The notes below the pieces were generated by a model. It had not been told where the DNA came from. It made no database searches and saw nothing but the letters and a program-made list of their open reading frames with translations. The position numbers and the translations under genes are program-made. Below are positions 1 through 9,919 of a stretch of DNA of 46,159 nucleotides, one piece after another. The stretch's first letter is position 1. The number at the start of each line of letters is the position of its first letter. The stretch comes from an uncultured Nitrososphaerota archaeon (GTDB lineage: Archaea > Thermoproteota > EX4484-205 > JAAOZP01), in NCBI GenBank assembly GCA_964416155.1, contig CAYQCW010000013.1, positions 1 to 46,159 on the forward strand, given 5' to 3'.

Positions 1-44
1 AAACGCTTAAAAGTCGATTATTCATATTCCTCCCGTGAGAAGCT

Positions 45-602
45 ATGAGTATAAGATCCACTACAAAAGACCTTCTGCTGAACGCCTTCGCCGGAGAATC
101 CATGGCCCACATGAGATACCTCGTGTTCGCCGACATTGCTGAAAAAGAGAAGTTCCCCAATGTTTCAAGGCTTTTCAAAGCGATAGCATTCGCAGAGTTT
201 ATCCATGCAAGGAACCACTATGACCGTTTGAAAAACTATAAGGAGGAGTTTAAAGTAGCATCCGGCACTCCCGCGGGGCCAGGAGATACTTCTAAGAATC
301 TTGAGCTCGGGATAATCGGCGAGGAGTATGAGGTTAACGAGATGTATCCAACCTATATTGAGGTTGCAAGGTTTCAGGGAGAGAAGGCTGCAGAGGTAAG
401 CTTCAAATGGGCGCATGAGGCTGAGAAGATTCATGCCCAACTGTATAGAGATGCTAAGAGCAATGTTGACCGGAAGAATGACTGGCCTCTTAAGGGAAGA
501 GTATGGATATGCCCAGTATGTGGCCATACTTACGTTGGCGACGAGCCCCCGGAGAAATGCCCGATATGCAGCGTGTCCAAAGACAAGTATGTCGGATTTT
601 AA
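45..602 (+). CDS. rbr: Rubrerythrin (diiron four-helix bundle plus C-terminal rubredoxin domain)
   Basis: AFAGES..A..RY, AEFIHA, GEEYE..MY and AEKIH diiron motifs; C-terminal CPVCG...CPIC. Confidence 0.93.
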   Translation: MSIRSTTKDLLLNAFAGESMAHMRYLVFADIAEKEKFPNVSRLFKAIAFAEFIHARNHYDRLKNYKEEFKVASGTPAGPGDTSKNLELGIIGEEYEVNEMYPTYIEVARFQGEKAAEVSFKWAHEAEKIHAQLYRDAKSNVDRKNDWPLKGRVWICPVCGHTYVGDEPPEKCPICSVSKDKYVGF

Positions 603-706
603 CAATCATTCTTGTTATTCAAGGTTTTTTCATGATCAACGAAATTGGCTATAGGAATTAGTCTCATTGAGGAAAAGTTTTTACATAGTGTTACCGGAGT
701 AGTCTT

Positions 707-1447
707 ATGCTTGAAATATTGTTAAACGCCTTCCTAGGTGGCGTTGTATGTTTAGCCGCAACAGGCTTGGGTGCAACAATAGCTTTTGTTAAGACAAGCC
801 TATCCGAAAGGAGGCTGGATTTTTTCTTCGGTTTCTCGATCGGAATAATGATGGCAGCATCCTTCTTAAGCCTTCTCCAACCAGCTTTGGAGACAGGCGG
901 GATACTCTTAACCAGCATAGGCTTTCTATCAGGGGCAGTTCTAATGTACGGTTCAGACCTTTTCATCCCGCATGAGCATCCTTTGAAGACGAGTAGAGAA
1001 AACGAGAAATCCAATAGGCTTGTTAAAATAATAGCTGCAGTAACCTTGCACAACTTGCCTGAAGGCTTCTCAGTCGGTGTTGTTTTCGGATCGGGTAATG
1101 TTAAAGCCGCCTGGGGCTTAACGTCCGGCATAGCTCTCCAATCTTTTCCTGAAGGGGCATCGGTTTCCATCCCATTCGTCAAACTGGGTAAGAGCAGAGG
1201 GAAAGCCGTCTTGCTCGGATTGTTGTCTGGGGTTGTCGAACCGTTAGGAGCCTTATTTAGCGCCCTCTTAGTGCAGGCTTTCCAGTGGCTTCTGCCTTTC
1301 TTCCTGTCTTTTGGAGCAGGCGCGATGATATACGTTATAGGTAGCGAGATGATACCGGAGGCTCATTCAAGCGGCTTCGGAAAAGACACTATGCTTTTCA
1401 TGATCATAGGCTTCGTAACAATGATGATTCTAGACGTCGTCCTTTAA
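707..1447 (+). CDS. ZIP family divalent metal transporter (ZupT/GufA-like)
   Basis: Multiple TM helices, HNLPEG and QSFPEG motifs, PHEH loop, EMIPE. Confidence 0.92.
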   Translation: MLEILLNAFLGGVVCLAATGLGATIAFVKTSLSERRLDFFFGFSIGIMMAASFLSLLQPALETGGILLTSIGFLSGAVLMYGSDLFIPHEHPLKTSRENEKSNRLVKIIAAVTLHNLPEGFSVGVVFGSGNVKAAWGLTSGIALQSFPEGASVSIPFVKLGKSRGKAVLLGLLSGVVEPLGALFSALLVQAFQWLLPFFLSFGAGAMIYVIGSEMIPEAHSSGFGKDTMLFMIIGFVTMMILDVVL

Positions 1448-1491
1448 TTTCATACTGCTTAAAAAACAAGTCTTGAAAAATGCTTGACGAA

Positions 1492-1842
1492 TCATCGAAT
1501 CCTGATGGACTTTCCCCGAATATGTTGGAAGTAGATTTCCGCTTCCCCTTCATCCACTAAGTGTATTTCAAAGGGGTGGACAATGGGGAGCTCAGCTTCA
1601 TGGAGTATTCTCATTTTAATTTCAGATCTTTCAACGAAAGACGCTGGTAGTCGTCTCGCAGTGATTAAAAGATCGATATCCGAGCTTGCTACAGCTGTTT
1701 CCGTCACTAGGCTTCCGAAGACATAGATGCTCTTTAATTTTTCCCCAAGCAGCCTTTCCGTTGCTTCGGCTATTCTAATCGTCCAACGCTTCCATTCTCT
1801 GAAAAGCTTAGCTCTTTCCCAAGCAGTTTCTAGCGTTCTCAT
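1492..1842 (-). CDS. Minimal nucleotidyltransferase (MNT), antitoxin-type partner of HEPN
   Basis: FGS-x10-DIDL motif, PFEIHLV; overlaps the HEPN gene end. Confidence 0.88.
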   Translation of the reverse strand: MRTLETAWERAKLFREWKRWTIRIAEATERLLGEKLKSIYVFGSLVTETAVASSDIDLLITARRLPASFVERSEIKMRILHEAELPIVHPFEIHLVDEGEAEIYFQHIRGKSIRIR

Positions 1843-2210
1843 AAAGATTCACCACTTTTTCCACCAGTGAAATCAAGTATTCAGCATCCTCTTTGTCGAA
1901 AACCTTGTAAAAATATCTGCTTGTCAAGTAGGAATCCTCTAAAGTGTGAAGCCCGCTCTTGTTCTCCTTTATGAATCGATAGGCCTCGTCAAAACCTATT
2001 CGCTCCAATTCCCTGAGAAGGAAGATCGTGCAGTGGGTTCTAGGATAATCCCCTACGAGTTCAAGCAGCGTGGATTTCAAAGAGTTGAGCAGCCTGCTCC
2101 GCATTGAAAGCAGCCAAATCGTAATCCCCCCTGTTCGCTAAATACTTGGAAGTCTCCTGAAAAACAATTGCCCTTCTCCTCATCAGCATTATCTCTTCCT
2201 TGGCACTCAA
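1808..2210 (-). pseudogene. HEPN domain protein, frameshifted at about 2081
   Basis: The 5' frame from TTG 2210 reads SAKEEIMLMRRRAIVFQETSKYLANRGDYDLAAFNAEQAAQL and then stops (TGA 2063-2061). The 3' frame continues LKSTLLELVGDYPRTH...LEDSYLTSRY. Joined, they give a typical ~134-aa archaeal HEPN. Confidence 0.85.
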
Positions 2211-2389
2211 TACTTTGATAAAGTTCCAGAAACAGGTTTAAAAGGCTACAGATTGAGAAGAACGTAAAAAGTTTTACTCGTCAAGTAATGGTTTACCCCA
2301 ATATTGATGATATTTTAACGCTTGTATGAATAACAGGGTTCCCGCCCGACGATAAGGTTAAATCGCCTGAAAAACAGGGTTTTTCAATA

Positions 2390-3901
2390 ATGAGCTTGAA
2401 GCAGGAGAAATTCTACATAACGACTGCGATCGACTATGTTAACGCTTACCCTCACCTAGGCCACCTGTACGAGAAGGTTTGCGCAGACATTATAGCAAGG
2501 TGGAACAGGCTCGCCGGCAGAGACGTTTACTTCCTAACAGGTACTGACGAGAACGCTGCGAAGAACGAGAGGGCAGCCAGGGAAGCCGGCTTAGAGGTCA
2601 AGGAGTTTATAGACAGGAATGCTAGGAGGTTTCAAGAACTCTGCGAAGCCTTCAACATTTCTAACGACGACTTCATAAGGACGACTGAGGATAGACACCG
2701 TAAAGTCTCCCAGCTAATATTCACGAAACTGTTTGAAAACGGGGACATTTACAAGAGCAGCTATAGTGGCCTATACTGCTATGGCTGCGAAGAGTACAAG
2801 ACTGAGAAAGACCTTGTAGAAGGCAGGTGCCCCGAGCACGGCACCGAGCCAGAGCATATTGAGGAGGAGTGCTACTTCTTCAGATTAAGCAAGTACGAGA
2901 AGCCTGTGCTGGAGCTTATCGAGAGAAACCAGTTCATCATACCTGAGAAGAGGAGGCAGGAGATCATAGCTAGAATGAAAGCAGAGGGCCTTAAAGACCT
3001 GGCTGTAAGCAGGTCGCGCATAAGCTGGGGCGTCAACGTCCCCTTCGACCCCAAGCACAAGATATACGTCTGGGTCGACGCTCTGGTAAACTATGTTTCC
3101 GCCCTAGGCTACCCAGAAGGGGAGAAATACAGGAAGTACTGGCCGGCAGACGTTCACCTAATCGGCAAGGGTATAAATTGGTTTCACTCTGTTATATGGC
3201 CGGCGATACTGCTTTCATGCGGTATCCCGCTGCCTAAGCATATTCTTGTTCATGGGTATATAACTATAGGCGGGGAGAAGCTCTCCAAGTCCAAGGGCAC
3301 GGCGGTCGACCCGTTTAAGCTGCTTGAGAAGTATGAGGTTGACGCTACGAGATACTTTCTTGCAAGGGACATTCCTTTCTTTGAAGATGGTGATTTCACT
3401 GAGAAAGCATTGGTGGAGAGGGTTAACGGGGAGCTTGTTGGAAACATTGGGAACTTTATTCACAGAACTTTAACGCTTATTCGCAATCTTTATAATGGAA
3501 AAGTGCCTGAGCCGGGGAACTATGAGGGTGACGAGGATTGCTTGAAGCTTGTTGAAAGCATTAGGAAGCTCCCCCGTGTTATGAGAGAGAGGCTTGAGAA
3601 CTATGAGATAGACAGGGCCTTGAAGGAGGTTGCTGACTTCGCTATTCGGTGCAACAGGTTCCTGCAGGTTAAGGAGCCTTGGAAAACTAAGGATCCTAAC
3701 GCGTTGTTCATCTGCGTGAACGCTGTGAGGACATTAGCTATAGTTTTACGGCCATACTTGCCAAGCTCATCCGAGAAGATCTGGAGGATTCTTAATCTTG
3801 AGGGCTTGCCTGAAGACTACGGTTGGGATTCAGCGGGGGAGCTTGCGATTAAGCCTGGATACATGGTAAGTAGGCCGGAGATAGTTTTCAGAAAAATATG
3901 A
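2390..3901 (+). CDS. metG: Methionine--tRNA ligase (short form, single Zn knuckle, no C-terminal tRNA-binding domain)
   Basis: YITTAIDY, HLGH, GTDEN, DFIRTT, YVWVDAL, KLSKS. Confidence 0.96.
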   Translation: MSLKQEKFYITTAIDYVNAYPHLGHLYEKVCADIIARWNRLAGRDVYFLTGTDENAAKNERAAREAGLEVKEFIDRNARRFQELCEAFNISNDDFIRTTEDRHRKVSQLIFTKLFENGDIYKSSYSGLYCYGCEEYKTEKDLVEGRCPEHGTEPEHIEEECYFFRLSKYEKPVLELIERNQFIIPEKRRQEIIARMKAEGLKDLAVSRSRISWGVNVPFDPKHKIYVWVDALVNYVSALGYPEGEKYRKYWPADVHLIGKGINWFHSVIWPAILLSCGIPLPKHILVHGYITIGGEKLSKSKGTAVDPFKLLEKYEVDATRYFLARDIPFFEDGDFTEKALVERVNGELVGNIGNFIHRTLTLIRNLYNGKVPEPGNYEGDEDCLKLVESIRKLPRVMRERLENYEIDRALKEVADFAIRCNRFLQVKEPWKTKDPNALFICVNAVRTLAIVLRPYLPSSSEKIWRILNLEGLPEDYGWDSAGELAIKPGYMVSRPEIVFRKI

Positions 3902-3981
3902 GGAGCCATTTTTAATTCCGTGTTAATCGCAATTAATTTGTATTCCAAGTTTTTTTAAAAAAAAGATAGCTTCATGCCAGA

Positions 3982-4284
3982 TTAGCCAGGTATCCGAATA
4001 CGCTTTGTTACAATCACATCTATTCCACGAGGCATTTCTAAGGCGGTTTTAGACCGGGTGAAGAAGACAAAACCCTTGTATCCTACAAGATACCTATAGT
4101 TTTTCTTTACTACTCCGCCTAGAGCCATTATTACTAAAGGCTTATTGACCTTGGCAAGCATATCTGTGAAGTTCTCCGGCTCGACCTCAACAATTGCTCC
4201 AGACGCCTTCACGGCTTCCGCTATTCTTCTGGTTGCTCCGGCGGCAGCCACCGCTCCTGCTTCCGGAGCCTCGGCCACCACCAA
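3982..4284 (-). CDS. Small hypothetical protein with Ala-rich N-terminus
   Basis: Clean 100-aa ORF filling the gap between metG and the tRNA; start codon uncertain. Confidence 0.7.
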   Translation of the reverse strand: MVVAEAPEAGAVAAAGATRRIAEAVKASGAIVEVEPENFTDMLAKVNKPLVIMALGGVVKKNYRYLVGYKGFVFFTRSKTALEMPRGIDVIVTKRIRIPG

Positions 4285-4448
4285 GGGTCCTTAAACAGCT
4301 AACTATTTATCCTTTTTCAATCGGTTAACCATATTATTATCTTCACGCATTTTCCCACTATTAGTTTCATTAAAATCGAGAATTGCCTTTCAATTGGCCC
4401 GTGAGTTTTCGCCACATGCGTATTGCAATTAATTTGACTGAATACAGA

Positions 4449-4456
4449 TTTAAGTA
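4449..4456 (+). promoter_or_regulatory. Putative TATA box of the tRNA-Arg gene
   Basis: TTTAAGTA 23-30 nt upstream of the mature 5' end. Confidence 0.5.
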
Positions 4457-4478
4457 CAACATTTATCATGATTACACA

Positions 4479-4572
4479 GGGCCCGTGGCCAAGCCAGGAT
4501 AAAGGCGTCGAGAGGCTTACTCGCGCAGGCCTTCGGAGCCGGAGAACCTGGGTTCAAATCCCAGCGGGCCCG
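4479..4572 (+). tRNA. tRNA-Arg(TCG) with an 18-nt intron at non-canonical position 29/30 (4511-4528); CCA not encoded
   Basis: Acceptor GGGCCCG/CGGGCCC; D-arm GCC/GGC; T-arm CTGGG-TTCAAAT-CCCAG. Removing 4511-4528 restores anticodon stem TCGGC/GCCGG with loop CT-TCG-GA. Confidence 0.93.
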
Positions 4573-4638
4573 GCTTTATGGTTAACCATCCATGACTTGA
4601 AAAGAGAATTATTATAGTATTTCTAACCTGTATTAATC

Positions 4639-5166
4639 CTATGGATTACCGGTACTTCTGATGATCAAATTCTTAATCATCTTTAGAATTTGTTCATGCC
4701 TCTTTTCATCTTCAATAATCCATTCAAAGATCATCCCGTAAGGCTCGATGTTTAACCCTGTCTCTCGTGTCATGAGCTCGATGGTTTTTACGTTTAAAAC
4801 TGTCAGATACTCTTCCGCCACGAAACCCTCAAACTTCTCTAAACCGTCTATCAGCTTGAGGAGCCTGTGGTTATTCGTTTCGGTCTCCCTCATCATTTTC
4901 GAATTCTCCATGATATTCCTCCATAGGCTTCCCAAGGCTTTTTCACAGTCTTCAAAATCACTTTTACCAGAAATTACCGGATGCCCGCTGAGAGCCTTAA
5001 ACATCTTAGCATGCTTATACGAGTCGTTAGCAATATAGTTCAAGAGACACTTGACGTTCATGTCAACTGTAATTTCAGCCAGGTGACCATACGTTTTGGC
5101 AACTTCTTCCTCGAACACTCCGGCGCAATAGAGAAACCTTGCTATTTCACAACCAGACTCTGCCAT
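4639..5166 (-). CDS. Ferritin-like / rubrerythrin-family protein without rubredoxin domain
   Basis: FEEEVAKTY, DSYKH, EGFVAEEY and DEKRH diiron-bundle pattern. Confidence 0.8.
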   Translation of the reverse strand: MAESGCEIARFLYCAGVFEEEVAKTYGHLAEITVDMNVKCLLNYIANDSYKHAKMFKALSGHPVISGKSDFEDCEKALGSLWRNIMENSKMMRETETNNHRLLKLIDGLEKFEGFVAEEYLTVLNVKTIELMTRETGLNIEPYGMIFEWIIEDEKRHEQILKMIKNLIIRSTGNP

Positions 5167-5315
5167 AGCCCAGAAAACAAATGATGAAATATAAACTTTT
5201 TGCTTAATGTTGTTTTAGACAATAGCCACTATGTTTCGGTTCACGGGGATCGAATCCTTATCGAAACTTATAAGATTTATAAACAATAATTATCACTGCC
5301 TAAAGACATTGACAA

Positions 5316-6434
5316 ATGCAGATAGTTATCCGCGAGATGCAACCGGGTGAGGAAAAGGAGGTTGAGAAACTTTTCACAAGAAGCCTCGGCACAACTGACA
5401 GGATAGTCTTTCAGCTCTCGTTCGAGGAGGCACGGAAGAGTGCAGGGAAGCAGTGTGGAGGCACATTGGTTGCGGAATCCGACGGCAAGATTGTTGGAAC
5501 AGTCTCCATGCGGATCAAGGTTTTAAAAGGCAAGAGGACAGGCTTCATCGACGCGCTTGTCTCGGACAAGGAGCTGCGGGGAAGAGCTATCGGCAGATCC
5601 CTTGTTGACGGAGCCATATTATGGCTGGAGAAGCATGAATGCAAGGTCATCTATGCTTCGGCCGACAGGTATAATTCCCCCTCATGGAACATGTTCATCC
5701 ACAGGGGCTTCCATCTCTACGAGATACCGACGCAACTCAGAGACTATGGACTAGACTTTCTAAGACTATGGACGGTAGAGTTTCACTTCATAGGTTTCGG
5801 AGCATTCTTTCTCAGGCGAGATAAAGAGAAAACAAAGCACTGTGAAACCAGGGAAGCATGGCACTGGCTGGCTGCCCTGCTAGGCGTATCCGCAGCTTGG
5901 TGGATACAAATACTGCGTGGCCAAGGACCACTAATACTCATCCCAATGGTTTTCGCGGTTGTAGCGGTAAGCCTCCTAGCCCACGAGCTTTCGCAAAAGC
6001 TTGCAGCGAGCAGGCTCGGCTTACGAACAACGTTCAAAGCCTGGGGGTCAGGAATCTTATTCAGCTGGCTATTGGCACTACTTGGTAGCATCTTCCCAGC
6101 TTACGGTTCAACATACGTGAAACAGTTGGACTGGTGGTATGACCCTGAAAAAGATAAGACTGGAATCTTCTTCGCCATAGGTCCACTTGTCAGTCTGGCG
6201 CTCGGCTTCGCATTCTGGGCAGTAACAAGCCTTACGACCAACAGTCTGCTGACGGTACCGGCAACAGTCGGATACGCAACCAACCTGATGATAGTCATAC
6301 TCAATCTGATCCCGATACAGGCGGCAGGAGGTTTCGTGTGGGATGGAAAAAAGATACTTAAATGGAACAGGACCGTGTGGACCACGCTTGTTATAGCAGT
6401 ATCTGTTCTGATAATACTTGATGTTCTCCTCTAG
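5316..6434 (+). CDS. GNAT acetyltransferase fused to a degenerate M50 (site-2 protease)-like membrane domain
   Basis: N-terminal LVSDKELRGRAIGRSL acetyl-CoA motif; C-terminal TM region with HELSQ, IGPLVSL and NLIP...WDG. Confidence 0.75.
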   Translation: MQIVIREMQPGEEKEVEKLFTRSLGTTDRIVFQLSFEEARKSAGKQCGGTLVAESDGKIVGTVSMRIKVLKGKRTGFIDALVSDKELRGRAIGRSLVDGAILWLEKHECKVIYASADRYNSPSWNMFIHRGFHLYEIPTQLRDYGLDFLRLWTVEFHFIGFGAFFLRRDKEKTKHCETREAWHWLAALLGVSAAWWIQILRGQGPLILIPMVFAVVAVSLLAHELSQKLAASRLGLRTTFKAWGSGILFSWLLALLGSIFPAYGSTYVKQLDWWYDPEKDKTGIFFAIGPLVSLALGFAFWAVTSLTTNSLLTVPATVGYATNLMIVILNLIPIQAAGGFVWDGKKILKWNRTVWTTLVIAVSVLIILDVLL

Positions 6435-7058
6435 CTGACATGTTTTTCAACCCTACAGCAGTATTGTCTCAAAGAACAATGATGAAATGCTCTTAAACAA
6501 GCTTCCTACTACTCTCACGTCCAGACTTTTCTTCCCATGAAAGTCTAGGGAGAAGAAAGAGCTCCCAGTTGACCACACCTATGGATGTATCTAGGTCTAC
6601 TGAGCTTGTCAAGCGGAATAGACGCTGTGTTAGCGGTATGTAGGTCAATCCCTTAGAGTAATGTAAATCACCTCATTGATGCATCTATCTCTATGAGCCT
6701 TTTAAAGGAAAAAGCCGGTTCAGACATAGTGGAAATCAACAAGATGTTAATTATAACTCTCCATTAATATAATCTTTATATTTTTGACGGTTTCTGTGAG
6801 ACTTAAACATCAAATAGTTTATGGCTTGTCAAAGAGTTGGCCGCTGCCATATACCCCTTTTAAAATTTTCCTCGCTTTGAAACATCTTTAATAGCGTAAT
6901 AGCGATAGTCATATTTTAATTTGGCTTTCATGATACGCGTTTAAAAAATACTGATTGAAAGCCTTGGTTTTGCCGACCCTTTTCTAATGTGCCCTCCAAA
7001 TTTCTTCCGTTATAATCTCGTCGAGAAAAAAAATAAATAGGGCTTAAGTAAGCTAAGG

Positions 7059-9752
7059 TTGATGTCTTACCTGGAGGAAGAAATTGCAAAGAGAGCGCAT
7101 TCCATAAATGTTGAAGATGTTTTACGCGTACTTAATACAAGCGTTAACGGGTTGACTGACGAGGAGGCTAAGGCGAGGCTAGAAAAGTATGGCCCTAATG
7201 AGCTTACGAGCAGTAAAAAGGCATCGCCACTAAAGATCTTCCTTAACCAGTTTAGAAGTATCCTCATACTTATTCTGATTGGCGCGACACTAATTTCCCT
7301 AGCTACAGGACATGATGTTGATGCTCTAGTTATCTTCACCATAGTTTTAGTATCGGCCATACTCGGCTTTTACCAAGAGTATCGTGCTGAAAAAGCGGTG
7401 GAGGCGCTCAAGAGAATGCTTAGTCCAACTGTTACTGTGATAAGAAAATCTAAAGAACTCACAATACCTCTAAAAGAGGTTGTTCCTGGGGACATACTTG
7501 TATTAAAAGAGGGGGACAGGGTTCCTGCCGATGCCAGATTAATCGAAGTGATTAACCTACGTCTTAACGAGGCCTCCTTGACTGGCGAGTCCATGCCTGT
7601 GTTCAAAGAGGCAACTCTCCTCTCTGAGAATACCCCGGTCTCTGATAGAAGAAACATGATTTTCTCCGGCACGGAGGTTGTAGGTGGTAAAGGGAAAGCG
7701 GTTGTTGTCGCCACAGGAATGAACACAGAGTTTGGTAAAATAGCTAAGCATGTAGCCGCCGCTGAGAAAGAGGAAACTCCTCTTGAGAAGAAGGCAAGGG
7801 AGATAGGAAAATGGCTTGGAACGATAGCGTTGTCCATAGCGGTCGCTATGATAATCATTGGGGTTTACAAGGGTATGCCATTGCTACAGACCCTTCTTTT
7901 CAGCATAGCTTTGGCAGTGGCAGCAGTCCCGGAGGCTTTGCCAGCTGTTGTAACTGGCAGCCTTGCAATAGGGATGCACAGGATGGCTAAGAGGAATGCT
8001 CTTGTCAGGAGGATGCCGGCCGTAGAAACTTTAGGCACAGTGACCGTTATCTGTTCGGATAAGACTGGAACATTAACTAAGGGAGAGATGACTGTGCGAA
8101 AAATCTACGCCTTGGATCATATGGTTGAAGTCTCTGGAGTCGGCTACATTCCTGAAGGTGTCTTTCAAGTTGACAGGGACGATGTAGGAATTCTGCAGAG
8201 TGAAGGCTTCAAACTTTTAATGGAATGCTCACTTTTATGCAATGATGCTGAGCTGATACGTGAAGACGGTAAATGGCGTATTAAAGGGGATCCAACTGAG
8301 GGTGCACTTCTGGTCGTTGCTGCCAAATCAGGCCGACAACAAGAAGAAGTTAGAAAACAGTATCCGCGAATCAACGAAGTTCCATTCAGCTCTGAAAGAA
8401 AACTCATGACGACTGTCCACTCAACTCCTGAAGGCGATAAAATTTTCTGTATGAAAGGCGCGCCGGAAAAAGTCTTGGAGAAATGCACCCATATTTATGA
8501 ACTGGGCGGTGTCAAGGAATTAACTGAAGAGCGGAAGAAAGAAATATTAAGCTTTAATAACGATATGGCTGGAAACGCCCTTAGGGTTTTAGGCGTAGCC
8601 TACAAAAGAACAATTAAGGCTGTGAATAGTTTAGACGAAAAAGCTATTGAAAGCAACATGATATTTCTGGGCTTGTTAGGTATGATGGACCCTCCCAGAG
8701 AAGAGGCTATAAAGGCTGTAGAAACATGCAAGCAAGTAGGGATAAAACCCATTATGATAACTGGTGACCACAGGCTTACGGCAATTTCAGTGGCTAAGGA
8801 GCTCGGAATCTACAAAGAAGGCGACTTGGTTTTAACAGGTGAAGAACTGGAGAAGATGTCTGATAAAAAATTGGAAGAGATAGTTGAAAGAGTAACTGTG
8901 TACGCCCGTGTATCGCCTGAGAATAAACTAAAAATTGTTCAAGCATGGAAAAAAAAGGGGCATGTTGTTGCGATGACTGGCGACGGTGTTAACGATGCAC
9001 CGGCGTTGAAAAATGCCGATATTGGCGTAGCAATGGGCATAACCGGCACCGAGGTCACTAAAGAAACCGCGGACATGGTGTTGGCAGATGACAATTTTGC
9101 AACAATAGTGAATGCGATTGAACTTGGCAGATGGATTTATGATAACATAAAGAAATACCTCACCTACCTCTTGCAGGCTAATCTGATCGAGATAGTGATG
9201 CTCTCAACAACTGTTCTGCTAGGATTCCCTCTTCCGTTGCTTCCAGTACAAATCCTTTACGTGAACCTCGCTACCGACGGCCTTCCAGCCCTAGCTTTAG
9301 GTTTAAGTCCACCTGACCCAGATATAATGAAGAGACCGCCTAGGAACCCAAGGGAAACTATTTTTACACAAGAAGTCAAATCCTTCCTTTTGCGTGCGGT
9401 GATAGTAGGAGTGCCATTAATCATTTGGGTTTTCTTAGCATCCCTTCCTTATGAAGAACTCGCTCGTACAAGAGTCTTCATAACATTCGTTTTCTTTGAA
9501 TTGGTTCTGGCGTTAACCTGTCGTTCATTGAAGTATACCATCTTTGAGACACGTCCCCACAGGTTTTTGTTGGCAGCTATTTTCTGGGAAATCTTTCTGC
9601 TACTAGTTTTAACTAGTTTCTCCGTTACTCGTCAGGTACTCGGAATCGTTGAACCGGATCTAACTAGCTTCTTGTTGGCCACTGGCGTATCCTTGATAAC
9701 TTTAGTCAGCATTGAGGGAATTAAGCTCTCGCTTAGGAGAAACCGTAAATAA
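7059..9752 (+). CDS. P-type IIA cation (Ca2+-type) transporting ATPase
   Basis: [37 protein letters not shown]. Confidence 0.95.
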   Translation: MMSYLEEEIAKRAHSINVEDVLRVLNTSVNGLTDEEAKARLEKYGPNELTSSKKASPLKIFLNQFRSILILILIGATLISLATGHDVDALVIFTIVLVSAILGFYQEYRAEKAVEALKRMLSPTVTVIRKSKELTIPLKEVVPGDILVLKEGDRVPADARLIEVINLRLNEASLTGESMPVFKEATLLSENTPVSDRRNMIFSGTEVVGGKGKAVVVATGMNTEFGKIAKHVAAAEKEETPLEKKAREIGKWLGTIALSIAVAMIIIGVYKGMPLLQTLLFSIALAVAAVPEALPAVVTGSLAIGMHRMAKRNALVRRMPAVETLGTVTVICSDKTGTLTKGEMTVRKIYALDHMVEVSGVGYIPEGVFQVDRDDVGILQSEGFKLLMECSLLCNDAELIREDGKWRIKGDPTEGALLVVAAKSGRQQEEVRKQYPRINEVPFSSERKLMTTVHSTPEGDKIFCMKGAPEKVLEKCTHIYELGGVKELTEERKKEILSFNNDMAGNALRVLGVAYKRTIKAVNSLDEKAIESNMIFLGLLGMMDPPREEAIKAVETCKQVGIKPIMITGDHRLTAISVAKELGIYKEGDLVLTGEELEKMSDKKLEEIVERVTVYARVSPENKLKIVQAWKKKGHVVAMTGDGVNDAPALKNADIGVAMGITGTEVTKETADMVLADDNFATIVNAIELGRWIYDNIKKYLTYLLQANLIEIVMLSTTVLLGFPLPLLPVQILYVNLATDGLPALALGLSPPDPDIMKRPPRNPRETIFTQEVKSFLLRAVIVGVPLIIWVFLASLPYEELARTRVFITFVFFELVLALTCRSLKYTIFETRPHRFLLAAIFWEIFLLLVLTSFSVTRQVLGIVEPDLTSFLLATGVSLITLVSIEGIKLSLRRNRK

Positions 9753-9919
9753 TTTCTTCTAAGAAATGACGAATGGAACTTTCACCGCTGATAAGGAAGC
9801 AACAGATGATAATAATCAATGTCCTGAGTTATAGGGGGCTTGTGGAGTCACAATTAACTGGCACCTTAAGTTTTTATTATCTAATAGTCTTAATAGTCTT
9901 AAAAGAAAAGAGTGTTGCG

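Noticed and set aside
5233-5268. Hairpin with a T-loop-like GGATCGAATCC in a divergent promoter gap
   Set aside because: No cloverleaf or acceptor stem; at most an operator-like inverted repeat
6478-6603. C-box-like ATGATGA motifs (also near 5181 and on the minus strand near 25655) as C/D sRNAs
   Set aside because: No CTGA D box at the expected ~50-60 nt spacing
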